A DNA stretch of 64,000 nucleotides from assembly GCA_035623825.1 (NCBI GenBank), contig DASPSR010000052.1, positions 1-64,000 of the forward strand. Direction: 5' to 3'. Numbering within the stretch: the first letter of the stretch is position 1; each line of letters begins with the position of its first letter. Shown one piece after another: positions 1 through 9,105 of this stretch. The notes beneath the pieces are model-generated. The model ran no database searches. It was given only the letters and a program-made list of their open reading frames with translations, and was not told the origin of the DNA. The stretch is from Nitrospirota bacterium. GTDB lineage: Bacteria > Nitrospirota > UBA9217. Position numbers and translations under genes: made by a program.

Positions 1-1071
1 CGCCTGGAGGTGGTGCTGTCCGCCCCGAGCGGGAGGGTTGTGACGGTGGAGTACGGGGTGAAGGGGGGGACGGCAATACAGGGGAAGGACTACGCCCTGC
101 AGGCAGGGCCGTTGACCTTCGCCCCCGGCGAGACGGCCAAGGAGATCATGGTAGACATCAAGGACCGCCGGATCTACGGCGAGGATAAGAAGACCTTTGA
201 GCTGGCCCTGAAGGACCCCAAGAACGCGAGCCTGGGAAGCACGACCATGTATACCTACACCATAATCAGCAATCTTCCGAAGCCGACGGTGGCCATTCGG
301 TCAGTAGACCAGCGTCTCAGGACGAGCGCGGGAAGAACAAGCGTTGCCGTCCAGCTATCAGAAGTTTCGGGAAAAGATGTGACCGTGCCCTTCACGGTCA
401 GCGGCACGGCTATCCAGGGAAGAGACTTCACCATAACCCCCAGTCCAGTCGTCATCAAGGCGGGGACGCGGAGAGCGGAGATCGCGATAACCATGAAGGA
501 CAATGTGCCGGTCGAAGCTGATAAAACGATAGAAGTAAGGTTGTTGAACCCGGACAACGTAATCCTCGGGTCGCACTTTCGATACAACCTGGTCATGGTG
601 AAGGAGACCAACCCTTCCATTGCCGTTATCCCCTTTTTCAACGACAGTACGAAGAAGAACGCCGGCGACATCCTGATGTTGCAGTTTGTCAAGGAATTAA
701 AGAAACTTGAGGACTTCGTTGTGATCGAACCGGGCGTCGTCAGGGAACAGTTTCTGACCATGAGGGTCGTTATGTCTGAAGGGGTTTCATCCTCCGATAT
801 CGACCTGATTACCAGCAGAATCGATGCCGATTTTGTCCTGGCCGGAAAGGTCATGGATTACCAGGACGACATAACGCTGTACGGCCAGCCGAAGGTGGCG
901 TTTTCCGTGGAGTTGATAGACAGGTCGAGCAAGAAGGTCATATGGGCATCCAGAAGCTTTAATAAGGGAAATGACGCGGTCACTCTGTTCGATTGGGGAA
1001 GCGTCAATTCGGCCAATGAGATGGTCTCGGAGATGTTGAGGGTTCTCAGAAAGAGGGTGGTGACATGGTAA
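1..1071 (+). CDS. Calx-beta repeat protein with C-terminal lipoprotein-type alpha/beta (CsgG/LpoB-like) domain, 5' partial
   Basis: Frame is open from the window start. Two Calx-beta-like repeats (VxLSxxSGxxVTVxY/F...GTAxxGxDY/F...GxT). C-terminal IAVIPFFN...ADFVLAGKVMDY...VIWAS domain. Confidence 0.75.
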   Translation, partial: RLEVVLSAPSGRVVTVEYGVKGGTAIQGKDYALQAGPLTFAPGETAKEIMVDIKDRRIYGEDKKTFELALKDPKNASLGSTTMYTYTIISNLPKPTVAIRSVDQRLRTSAGRTSVAVQLSEVSGKDVTVPFTVSGTAIQGRDFTITPSPVVIKAGTRRAEIAITMKDNVPVEADKTIEVRLLNPDNVILGSHFRYNLVMVKETNPSIAVIPFFNDSTKKNAGDILMLQFVKELKKLEDFVVIEPGVVREQFLTMRVVMSEGVSSSDIDLITSRIDADFVLAGKVMDYQDDITLYGQPKVAFSVELIDRSSKKVIWASRSFNKGNDAVTLFDWGSVNSANEMVSEMLRVLRKRVVTW

Positions 1072-1170
1072 GAAGGTGTTGTATTTTATTTCTTTTTAGT
1101 ATATAATTGTGCACTTTTGTGATTTTTTTGTTATGGTTTTATCGTACTTCATGCCGTGAGAGGTGAAAAA

Positions 1171-2979
1171 ATGCGCAAGAAATGGTTTGTGACAGCCGGA
1201 GCGCTGATGCTCTCCCTGATTGCCGCCGTACCGGGATTTTCATCAGACCAGAATCAGGCGATCCCTGCGGATAAAACGGGAGAAATGCAGAATTCGGGAG
1301 CACCGGCAGCAGGTGCTATGGTCCTCATCGTAAAAGATCCCCGCTCTTCGACGAAAGTAACGATTCCCTTGGACTCCACTGAACACGACGATCTCTCTGT
1401 TGCCGTGGTGAACGATGTGCCGATTACAGTTGAGGATCTCAAGGAAGCTATCGTAGCTTCCCATGAAGGCGGGGGTCAGGACGATAAGGGCGGGATCAAG
1501 GCGCCGAAAATAGATTTTAATGAACTGCTGCAGCGCCTGATCAATGTGCAGCTCTTCGTGCAGGAGGCAAGGAACATCGGTCTTGACGAGTTGCCTGAAG
1601 TTAAGGAACCCATAGACGTCTTCGCAAGGGTATCCTTGCGGAACCTCTTGCGGGAGGATGTCGCGAAAAGCGTTAAGGTGAATGAAGACGAGGTCGAGAA
1701 ATACTATCAAGAGAGCATAAGGGAAGTGAAGACGAATGCCAACTTCTTCGAGAAGGAAAAGGATGCGAAGAAGGCCGTTCGAGAGATCAAGGCAGGAAAG
1801 AATTTTGACGATGTGATGGCACAAGCGATGAAGGCCGGGAAAATAAAAGGGTCGGAGACGGGGCAATATGTAAAATTCAAGGATTTAAACCCGATGATAG
1901 CAAAAGCTGTTACAAAAATGAAGGTCGGTTCCGTTAGTCCCGTTTTGAAGATCGTACTACAGGGAAACAAAACATACTTTGCCGTCTTCCGGCTCGACGA
2001 CGACCGGAAAGTAGAAAGCCCCGAAGCAAAAGAGCAGGCACGGCGGACGGTTTACCAGGACAATGTAAATAAAGCGATGGAGGCGTTGAAGACGTCTCTC
2101 TATAAGAAGTATGCGAAGGTGGACAAGAAGCTGGTTGAAAGCCTGGACTACGCGGGGGCGGCGGGCTCAGGGCTCGAGAAGTTCTTAAATGACCAAAGGA
2201 CTGTGGTCGAGATCGAGGGAGGTGAACCTATTACAGTAGCGCAACTCTCCGAGGCGATGGAGGACAAGTTCTTTCATGGAATGAAGAATCTGAAAGGGGA
2301 GAAGATGGTCAGGACCAAGAATGAAGTCCTGCAAGGTCTTGTAGAGAAGAAACTGTTGCTCCTGGAGGCGAGCAGACGAGGGCTCGATAAAACAGAGTCA
2401 TACAAAAAGATGGTAGCGGACTACGAACAGAACACGTTGTGGGGCGCATTCATAGAGAAGGTCGTTATGAAGGACGTAAAGCTGCGGGATGAGGACATGA
2501 GGGCCTACTACCGTGATCACGCCGGTGATTACATGACCGCCGAAATGGTCAGAATTCAGAGCCTCGCGTTCGGGAAGGAGGCAGACGCCGTAACCACGCT
2601 CGAGAAGCTCAGGAAGGGCGCGGATTTTAACTGGGTCAAGGCCCATGCCGAAGGCCAGGTTGATCCCAACACGCCAGACCTGATGACCTTCGGGGATATC
2701 CCGGTGCCGATGGATGTATCTATGGACCTTGGTCTGCAAAAGGCCCTCTCCGGGGTCAAGACCGATGATTACCGGCTGTATGAAAGCGAGCAGGGCCATT
2801 TCCTTGTTTTGCATATCATGGACGTGATACCTCCCCAGCAGCAACCATTCGAGCAGGTTCAGGAGGGAATCCGGAACAAAGTGTTCTATGCTAAGCTTGG
2901 TGAAGCAGCGAATGACTGGATCCGCAAGCTGAGAGAGTCTGCCGATATCAAGGTATATCTGGCAGGTTCTGAGAAGTAA
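1171..2979 (+). CDS. SurA/PpiC-type periplasmic chaperone / peptidyl-prolyl isomerase (duplicated module)
   Basis: Signal peptide; AVVNDVPIT...LLQRLINxQLFVQEAR.GLD SurA-N motif occurs twice; parvulin-like segments. ATG 1171 follows GAGGTG. Confidence 0.8.
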   Translation: MRKKWFVTAGALMLSLIAAVPGFSSDQNQAIPADKTGEMQNSGAPAAGAMVLIVKDPRSSTKVTIPLDSTEHDDLSVAVVNDVPITVEDLKEAIVASHEGGGQDDKGGIKAPKIDFNELLQRLINVQLFVQEARNIGLDELPEVKEPIDVFARVSLRNLLREDVAKSVKVNEDEVEKYYQESIREVKTNANFFEKEKDAKKAVREIKAGKNFDDVMAQAMKAGKIKGSETGQYVKFKDLNPMIAKAVTKMKVGSVSPVLKIVLQGNKTYFAVFRLDDDRKVESPEAKEQARRTVYQDNVNKAMEALKTSLYKKYAKVDKKLVESLDYAGAAGSGLEKFLNDQRTVVEIEGGEPITVAQLSEAMEDKFFHGMKNLKGEKMVRTKNEVLQGLVEKKLLLLEASRRGLDKTESYKKMVADYEQNTLWGAFIEKVVMKDVKLRDEDMRAYYRDHAGDYMTAEMVRIQSLAFGKEADAVTTLEKLRKGADFNWVKAHAEGQVDPNTPDLMTFGDIPVPMDVSMDLGLQKALSGVKTDDYRLYESEQGHFLVLHIMDVIPPQQQPFEQVQEGIRNKVFYAKLGEAANDWIRKLRESADIKVYLAGSEK

Positions 2980-3008
2980 AAATACCGTGAGATAGTCTGA
3001 GGAGAACC

Positions 3009-4985
3009 ATGCATACCACACATTCAAAACAGAAGATACTTCTACTTGCCTTTTTCCTTCTTCTGGGCTGCGCGGTGTTTCTCACCGTGACCACCGAGGC
3101 ATTCGCCCAGAGGAAATTTGAAAAGAAGGAGTGCCTCGATTGCCATAAAAAATTCTCCGACCAGTATTTGGGAATGAAGATCGTACACCTCGTGGTGAAA
3201 GAGAAAAAATGTGAGGACTGCCATCTCCGGCACGGCAAGGTTCCCAAACTGCTTCTCAAGAAACCCCAGAACGATCTCTGCCTTACGTGCCACCCCAAGG
3301 AGAAGATCGGACTGAACAAGGCAAAAATACACACTGCGCTGAAATCAGGGAAATGTACGAACTGTCATAATCCCCATGCGTCACAGGTGGCTCACCTGCT
3401 CAAGCAGGAAGGTGCTGCTCTCTGTACCCAGTGCCACCAGAAGCAGGATTTCGAGAATAAAGTTACGCATAAGATCCTGACGACCGACGGCTGCAAAGCA
3501 TGTCACGCAGCCCACAGCTCCGATGCGGACAACCTGCTCTCCAAGGTGGAACCGGCCCTCTGTCTTGACTGCCACGGCAGCGGGTCCTCGTCATTCAAGA
3601 AGGCGCACGACGGGTATCCTGTAGACGGCACGACCTGCACCCGCTGCCATAACCCCCACGCTTCGTCACAACCAAAGCTCCTCAAGGCGAGCGTTCACAA
3701 TCCCGTCGCCTCCTCGAGCTGCGATTCGTGCCACAACGCCGCGGGTTCCCAGAAACCCTTTGCTACGACACAGCAGGGGAGCGATCTCTGCTACCAGTGC
3801 CATGACCAGTCGGCGCTTAAAGCCGGAGGAACGATCGAACATGCACCGTTCAACGGCGGAATGTGTCTTTCCTGCCATGATCCGCATTCCTCGGAGAATC
3901 CCAAGCTGGTGGTTGAGAAAGGCAATAAACTCTGTTTCGGATGCCATCCAGACAAGCAGGAGAAAGTAGCCTTTAGCCATGGGGCGGTCGTGAGCGGGAA
4001 AGGATGTTTCTCCTGCCACGTTCCCCATGCGGCAAAGAACAAGAACCTCCTCATCGCGAAAGAAGGAGAGATTTGCTTTCCCTGCCACGCAAAAACCCAG
4101 GAACTGAAGAAGGCGAAAGACGTCCATATGCCTTTTGCCCAGGACATGTGCGTAACGTGCCATAACCCCCACGGCTCGAATTTCATTGCCATGACGCGGG
4201 ACCGGATGGACACCATCTGCTACTCGTGTCATACCGACGAAGAAACGAAGTTCTTGAAAGCCTACACCCACAAGCCCGTCGCCAATGCAGCGTGCTACGT
4301 CTGTCATAATCCCCACGGAACGAGTGGAGCGAAGCTGCTGAAGGTCTCGGGAGCGGATCTATGCAAGCAATGCCATGGTGAACTCTTCAAGGAGGTCAGC
4401 GGAGGGTCCGAACATCCCCCCTTCAAGAATCAGCAGTGCCTGACCTGCCATGACGCCCATGCTAGCAACATCAGCGGGATGATCGTTGAAAAACAGGAAG
4501 TGCTCTGCTTCCAGTGCCATACCAAGCTGCAGCAGGAGATCGGGACCGGCAAGAGCAAGCATGCCGCGGTGATGACGGGTGAATGCACTCAGTGCCATAG
4601 CCCCCACAAGTCAAAGATGTCCAAGCTTCTTGTGGCGGAAACACCCGATCTGTGCTTTACCTGTCATAAGAAGATGAAGGAACGGTTTGGAACGGAAACA
4701 ACACATCCGCCGGCGGCGAGAGATTGCCTGCGGTGCCATCTGCCGCATTCTTCGAAGGAACCGTCGCTGATTGCGCAGCCGATACCCGGATTGTGCGGTG
4801 ACTGCCATGATTTGAACGACAGCACTTTTGCGAAGGCTCATATCAATATCAAAGCTGCCGTCATGGATTGCAGGACCTGTCACGATCCCCATGCTTCGAA
4901 GGACCCGAAGCTGTTCAAGGAAAATGTCCATCCTCCCTTCGCCGCGCGGTCGTGCGATGATTGTCATATAGGAGAAAAGAAATGA
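3009..4985 (+). CDS. Multiheme cytochrome c, 26 CXXCH (paired CXXCH repeats)
   Basis: 26 CXXCH motifs counted by hand; CxxCHxPH repeats; N-terminal signal peptide. Confidence 0.95.
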   Translation: MHTTHSKQKILLLAFFLLLGCAVFLTVTTEAFAQRKFEKKECLDCHKKFSDQYLGMKIVHLVVKEKKCEDCHLRHGKVPKLLLKKPQNDLCLTCHPKEKIGLNKAKIHTALKSGKCTNCHNPHASQVAHLLKQEGAALCTQCHQKQDFENKVTHKILTTDGCKACHAAHSSDADNLLSKVEPALCLDCHGSGSSSFKKAHDGYPVDGTTCTRCHNPHASSQPKLLKASVHNPVASSSCDSCHNAAGSQKPFATTQQGSDLCYQCHDQSALKAGGTIEHAPFNGGMCLSCHDPHSSENPKLVVEKGNKLCFGCHPDKQEKVAFSHGAVVSGKGCFSCHVPHAAKNKNLLIAKEGEICFPCHAKTQELKKAKDVHMPFAQDMCVTCHNPHGSNFIAMTRDRMDTICYSCHTDEETKFLKAYTHKPVANAACYVCHNPHGTSGAKLLKVSGADLCKQCHGELFKEVSGGSEHPPFKNQQCLTCHDAHASNISGMIVEKQEVLCFQCHTKLQQEIGTGKSKHAAVMTGECTQCHSPHKSKMSKLLVAETPDLCFTCHKKMKERFGTETTHPPAARDCLRCHLPHSSKEPSLIAQPIPGLCGDCHDLNDSTFAKAHINIKAAVMDCRTCHDPHASKDPKLFKENVHPPFAARSCDDCHIGEKK

Positions 4986-6271
4986 AAAATGAAGGCATGA
5001 ATGTACGATTCAAGCTGTTCTCGGCGCTCATTGCGGTTTGTGTCCTCGGGATCATTGCGTCCGCCGGTGCACAGGAAAATAAGTTCAGGCTGAAACCGGG
5101 CGCGCAGGGGAAGAATTGCCTGACCTGTCATGTGGATTTACAGGACAAACTCAAGCTCCCTTTTGTCCATACGCCGGTTAAGGCCGGGGAATGTGCAAGC
5201 TGTCATAACCCCCATGCATCGTCCCACGGCAAGCTCTTGGCAGCGGATACCAATAAAATCTGCTTCACGTGCCACCCCGATGTGGTATCCAAAAAGGCAC
5301 TCAGTTCCCATAAGGTCGTTGCAGAGGGGAACTGCATCAAATGTCACGACCCTCACGCAGCAAAGAACAAGTTCAACCTCCTGGAGTCAGGGAACAACCT
5401 CTGCTTCGGTTGCCATAAGGATATGGGTGATGCCGTAAAGACGGCAAAATTCAAGCACAACCCGGTGGAGAGGGGATGCCTCAACTGCCATAACCCCCAT
5501 GACTCCGATCAGGCAGTATCGCTTTTAAAGGACAAGGTGCCGGCTCTCTGCCTGAAGTGTCACAAGACGGGAACCCCCGTGTTCCAAAAACAGCACATGA
5601 ATTATCCGGTCGCAAAAGCACGCTGCACAAGCTGCCATAATCCCCATGGTTCTGACAAAGCAGGAGTGCTCTACACGAATGTTCACCGGCCGGTTGCCAA
5701 TAAGATGTGCAATCAGTGCCACGAAGACCCAACCTCCGCAAATCCCTTCGCGACCAAGAAGACCGGGTACGAGCTTTGCCGGGGATGCCATAGCCAGATG
5801 GTCAATGAGGCATTCAGCAAGAACCGGATCCATTGGCCCATCGCGGACAAAAAAGGCTGTATCCATTGCCACAACCCCCATGCAGGGCCGATAAAGGGGC
5901 TTCTGAAGGCCAAGATGATCGACTTGTGCAGCGAGTGTCACGCCGATGCCATCGAACAGCAGAAACGCTCTCCAACAAAACACGCTCCGATCAATGAAGG
6001 CATGTGCACCACCTGCCATGCTCCCCATGCTTCGGACAATGTGCTCCTGTTCCAGCAGGCATCAGTCATCGACATCTGCTTGTCCTGCCATAATTATTCG
6101 TTGCACTCAACGCATCCGATTGGAGCAAAGGCCCTCGATCCGAGGAACAACAACGTCATGGTCCTGTGCACAAGCTGCCATGGGACCCATGGGACGGAGA
6201 ACAAACACATGCTTTACTACCCGACGTCAACGGAACTTTGCGTCCAGTGCCATGTAGAACATAGGAGATAA
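4982..6271 (+). CDS. Multiheme cytochrome c, 16 CXXCH
   Basis: 16 CXXCH motifs counted; signal peptide; ATGA overlap with the upstream gene. Confidence 0.95.
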   Translation: MKNEGMNVRFKLFSALIAVCVLGIIASAGAQENKFRLKPGAQGKNCLTCHVDLQDKLKLPFVHTPVKAGECASCHNPHASSHGKLLAADTNKICFTCHPDVVSKKALSSHKVVAEGNCIKCHDPHAAKNKFNLLESGNNLCFGCHKDMGDAVKTAKFKHNPVERGCLNCHNPHDSDQAVSLLKDKVPALCLKCHKTGTPVFQKQHMNYPVAKARCTSCHNPHGSDKAGVLYTNVHRPVANKMCNQCHEDPTSANPFATKKTGYELCRGCHSQMVNEAFSKNRIHWPIADKKGCIHCHNPHAGPIKGLLKAKMIDLCSECHADAIEQQKRSPTKHAPINEGMCTTCHAPHASDNVLLFQQASVIDICLSCHNYSLHSTHPIGAKALDPRNNNVMVLCTSCHGTHGTENKHMLYYPTSTELCVQCHVEHRR

Positions 6272-6275
6272 TGCC

Positions 6276-7184
6276 ATGATGAAAAATATCGTTCTGATAG
6301 CGATCCTGCTGCTGTCTGCCCCGGCCTTGAGCGCCGAGCTCATGCAGTTCAAGCATCTGGTCTCGATATATAAGTATCCCGAGAGCAACGATCCCAAGGC
6401 TGCGGAAATTAAAATCAATCAGCCCGAGGGGGTTGCCTGCAGGGGAAAATCCATTCTCGTGTCCGATACGGCAAACGCGCGTCTACAGCCCTATACCCTG
6501 CAGGATGACGGGAGTATCAAGCCGGGACCTGGGGCCGGGATCCAGGTGGCCTACCCTATGCATGTTCGGATGAATTCCAAGGGAGATATCTTTGTGCTCG
6601 ACGGCAAGCAGCACAAGATTCTGCGCATGGGCGCTACCGGCGAGGCCAAGGGGAATTTCGAGCTTGAAGGGGTGCCTGCGCCGGAGGCGTGGATTCCGAA
6701 AAACTTTGCAATCGATGCTAATGATAACATGTACATTCTCGATGTATTTTCTTCACGAGTTCTCGTCGCGAGCCCGGAAGGAAAGTTCCAGAGGCAGATC
6801 GTGTTCCCGGCTACCGATGGTTTTTTCTCCGACCTGACCGTGGATCCCCAGGGCACGATCTTCATTCTCAACAGCATCACTTCTATGGTCTATTCCGCCG
6901 TCCCGGATGACAAGGCATTTTCCCCGCTGAAGAGTGGTCTCAAAGACTTCGTCACATTCCCGACCTCACTCACGGCAGACAAACAGTACCTCTATATCGT
7001 GGATCAGTTCGGTAGCGGGATCGTGATTCTGGGGAAGGACGGCACCGTTAGAGGTCGCAAGCTGAAAATGGGCTGGAAGGAGGGAGAGGTTCACTATCCG
7101 TCCGACATCTGCCTGAACGAAGAAGGCGAAATGTTCATAGCTGACCGCGGCAACAACCGCGTCCAGATATACACGAGGGAGTGA
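6276..7184 (+). CDS. NHL-repeat beta-propeller protein, secreted
   Basis: Repeats PEGVA, YPMHV, FPTSL, YPSDI...IADRGNNRVQ; signal peptide. Confidence 0.85.
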   Translation: MMKNIVLIAILLLSAPALSAELMQFKHLVSIYKYPESNDPKAAEIKINQPEGVACRGKSILVSDTANARLQPYTLQDDGSIKPGPGAGIQVAYPMHVRMNSKGDIFVLDGKQHKILRMGATGEAKGNFELEGVPAPEAWIPKNFAIDANDNMYILDVFSSRVLVASPEGKFQRQIVFPATDGFFSDLTVDPQGTIFILNSITSMVYSAVPDDKAFSPLKSGLKDFVTFPTSLTADKQYLYIVDQFGSGIVILGKDGTVRGRKLKMGWKEGEVHYPSDICLNEEGEMFIADRGNNRVQIYTRE

Positions 7185-7372
7185 ACCTCGATAGTTCCGG
7201 CCCGGGATCTCCTCATTGAAACCGGTGTGATGTTTGAATGCCTCTGTTAGCGAGAGCGCAGCTCATTCGGTGCGCTCTCTTTTTTTTGCGGGCCTTTGGG
7301 TGCCGCCTTCTCGAACTCGTCATGGGCAAGAATGTAAGAGAAAACTCGTGCAGGACAGCGGCTTGGCGGGAG

Positions 7373-7984
7373 ATGCGACAAAGCATGGTCATCCCGACGG
7401 TCGCGGTTCTGGCGGTCTTTGCCCTTTCAAGCATGACGTATTCGAGGAACATGCTCTGGCAGGATTCGGCAGCTTTGTGGCAAGACACGACAATAAAGAG
7501 TCCCAAGAAGTTCCGACCGCGGTTCAATCTGGCTAAAGAATACGAAGCTCGGGGAGATATCGATCTCGCGATCGAGAACTATCGGGCAGCCATCAATCTG
7601 AAACCTGACGATGTGATGGCGCATAACAACCTGGGAAATGCGTATCTGAACCAGGGACGCCTCGGGGAAGCGATTGAGGAGTTCCATGTGGCCGTCCGTC
7701 TCAAACCAGAAGCCCCATTGACCCATGACAACCTCGGCTATGTTTATTTCAAGCAAGGCCGGCCTGACGAGGCCATCAAGGAGTACAAAACGGCGTTAAA
7801 GTTCGCACCGGGTATAGCCGAGATCCACAACAATCTCGGGTACGTCTATTTCACAACGGGGCGTTTTGATGATGCGGCCGAGGAATTTCGAACCGCCCTC
7901 GAACTCAAACCCGATTTCCCGGCGGCGCTTGACAACATGAAAATGCTCCATCAGGCAAGGAACAGGAAACCTCGGCGGGAATGA
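7373..7984 (+). CDS. TPR protein resembling the C-terminal part of a TMTC-like glycosyltransferase (possible fragment)
   Basis: One TM helix, then RNMLWQDSAALW, then AHNNLG-type TPRs; GT-C membrane domain absent. Start uncertain (7238/7373/7385). Confidence 0.65.
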   Translation: MRQSMVIPTVAVLAVFALSSMTYSRNMLWQDSAALWQDTTIKSPKKFRPRFNLAKEYEARGDIDLAIENYRAAINLKPDDVMAHNNLGNAYLNQGRLGEAIEEFHVAVRLKPEAPLTHDNLGYVYFKQGRPDEAIKEYKTALKFAPGIAEIHNNLGYVYFTTGRFDDAAEEFRTALELKPDFPAALDNMKMLHQARNRKPRRE

Positions 7985-8058
7985 CCGCCGGGCAGTCACG
8001 AAACAGCCGCGAATTGTATCTGACAGGAGAATCCACGGCACATTAGCTAATTCCCTTT

Positions 8059-8976
8059 ATGCGAAACGTTGGTCTCGTCTATGACGAGGTATTTTTACGG
8101 CATGAACCGCCTGAATGGCATCCGGACTCGAGTAACAGGCTCGTTGACATCATTGTTACGCTCAAGGCTTCGGGGATCTGGTCGAACCTGAAGCATGTGA
8201 AACCACGCAAGGCAACGTTCGGCGATGTGGCGCGAGTGCACACGCCAGGGTATATAGACAAGATCATGAAGTTTGGTGCCGGCGAACTCGATCCCGATAC
8301 CTATATGTCGGAGGACAGCCTTGACGCAGCGTTGTACGCGGCCGGAGCAGTCATGGTGGCTGTCGATCGGTGCAGAACGGGAGCGATCGAACGCGCCTTC
8401 TGCCTGATCCGTCCCCCGGGGCACCATGCTGAGGCTGACCGGGCCATGGGTTTCTGCATCTTCAACAACATCGCCGTCGGAGCGCGCTACGCGCAGACGA
8501 TCGGATACAGCAGGGTGTTCATCATCGACTTTGACGCCCACCACGGGAACGGAACTCAGCATATCTTCGAAGAGGATGATACGGTCTTCTACTTCAGCAC
8601 CCACCAGCATCCTTATTATCCTGACACGGGCAAGGACATGGAACGGGGCAGGGGCAGGGGCGAAGGGTACACTTATAATGTGCCTATCCCTGCAGGCTCG
8701 GGGAACAAGGACTTCATCGCCGTATACCAGGACATTCTCCCTGGTCTCATCGCCCGGTTCGCGCCCGATATCATACTGGTATCCGCAGGCTATGACATCC
8801 ATGTCAATGACCGTCACGCCAACATACGGGTCTCGCATGAAGGCATCCGTGCCATTATCCAGAGCATTCTTACCAGCTGGGCTTCGCCTATTGTATTCGC
8901 CCTGGAGGGCGGCTACGATCCGGCATCGCTCAGCGATTCGGTTAAGATCACGATCGAAGAGATGCTGAAGACCTAG
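8059..8976 (+). CDS. Histone deacetylase family (AcuC/AphA-like) amidohydrolase
   Basis: RPPGHHA, GFCIFNN, DFDAHHGNGT, SAGYD and LEGGY motifs. Confidence 0.92.
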   Translation: MRNVGLVYDEVFLRHEPPEWHPDSSNRLVDIIVTLKASGIWSNLKHVKPRKATFGDVARVHTPGYIDKIMKFGAGELDPDTYMSEDSLDAALYAAGAVMVAVDRCRTGAIERAFCLIRPPGHHAEADRAMGFCIFNNIAVGARYAQTIGYSRVFIIDFDAHHGNGTQHIFEEDDTVFYFSTHQHPYYPDTGKDMERGRGRGEGYTYNVPIPAGSGNKDFIAVYQDILPGLIARFAPDIILVSAGYDIHVNDRHANIRVSHEGIRAIIQSILTSWASPIVFALEGGYDPASLSDSVKITIEEMLKT

Positions 8977-9105
8977 AGAGTTGCCGAATGACCGCCCCTT
9001 CGATCGAAGATCCGGCTGCCCCGGCTGCATTGATATTCCATCCCTGGCAGATCACTTGCTGCAGATAAGCGAACGAGTTTGTGCCGCGGCAGCGTGGAGG
9101 TCTTG

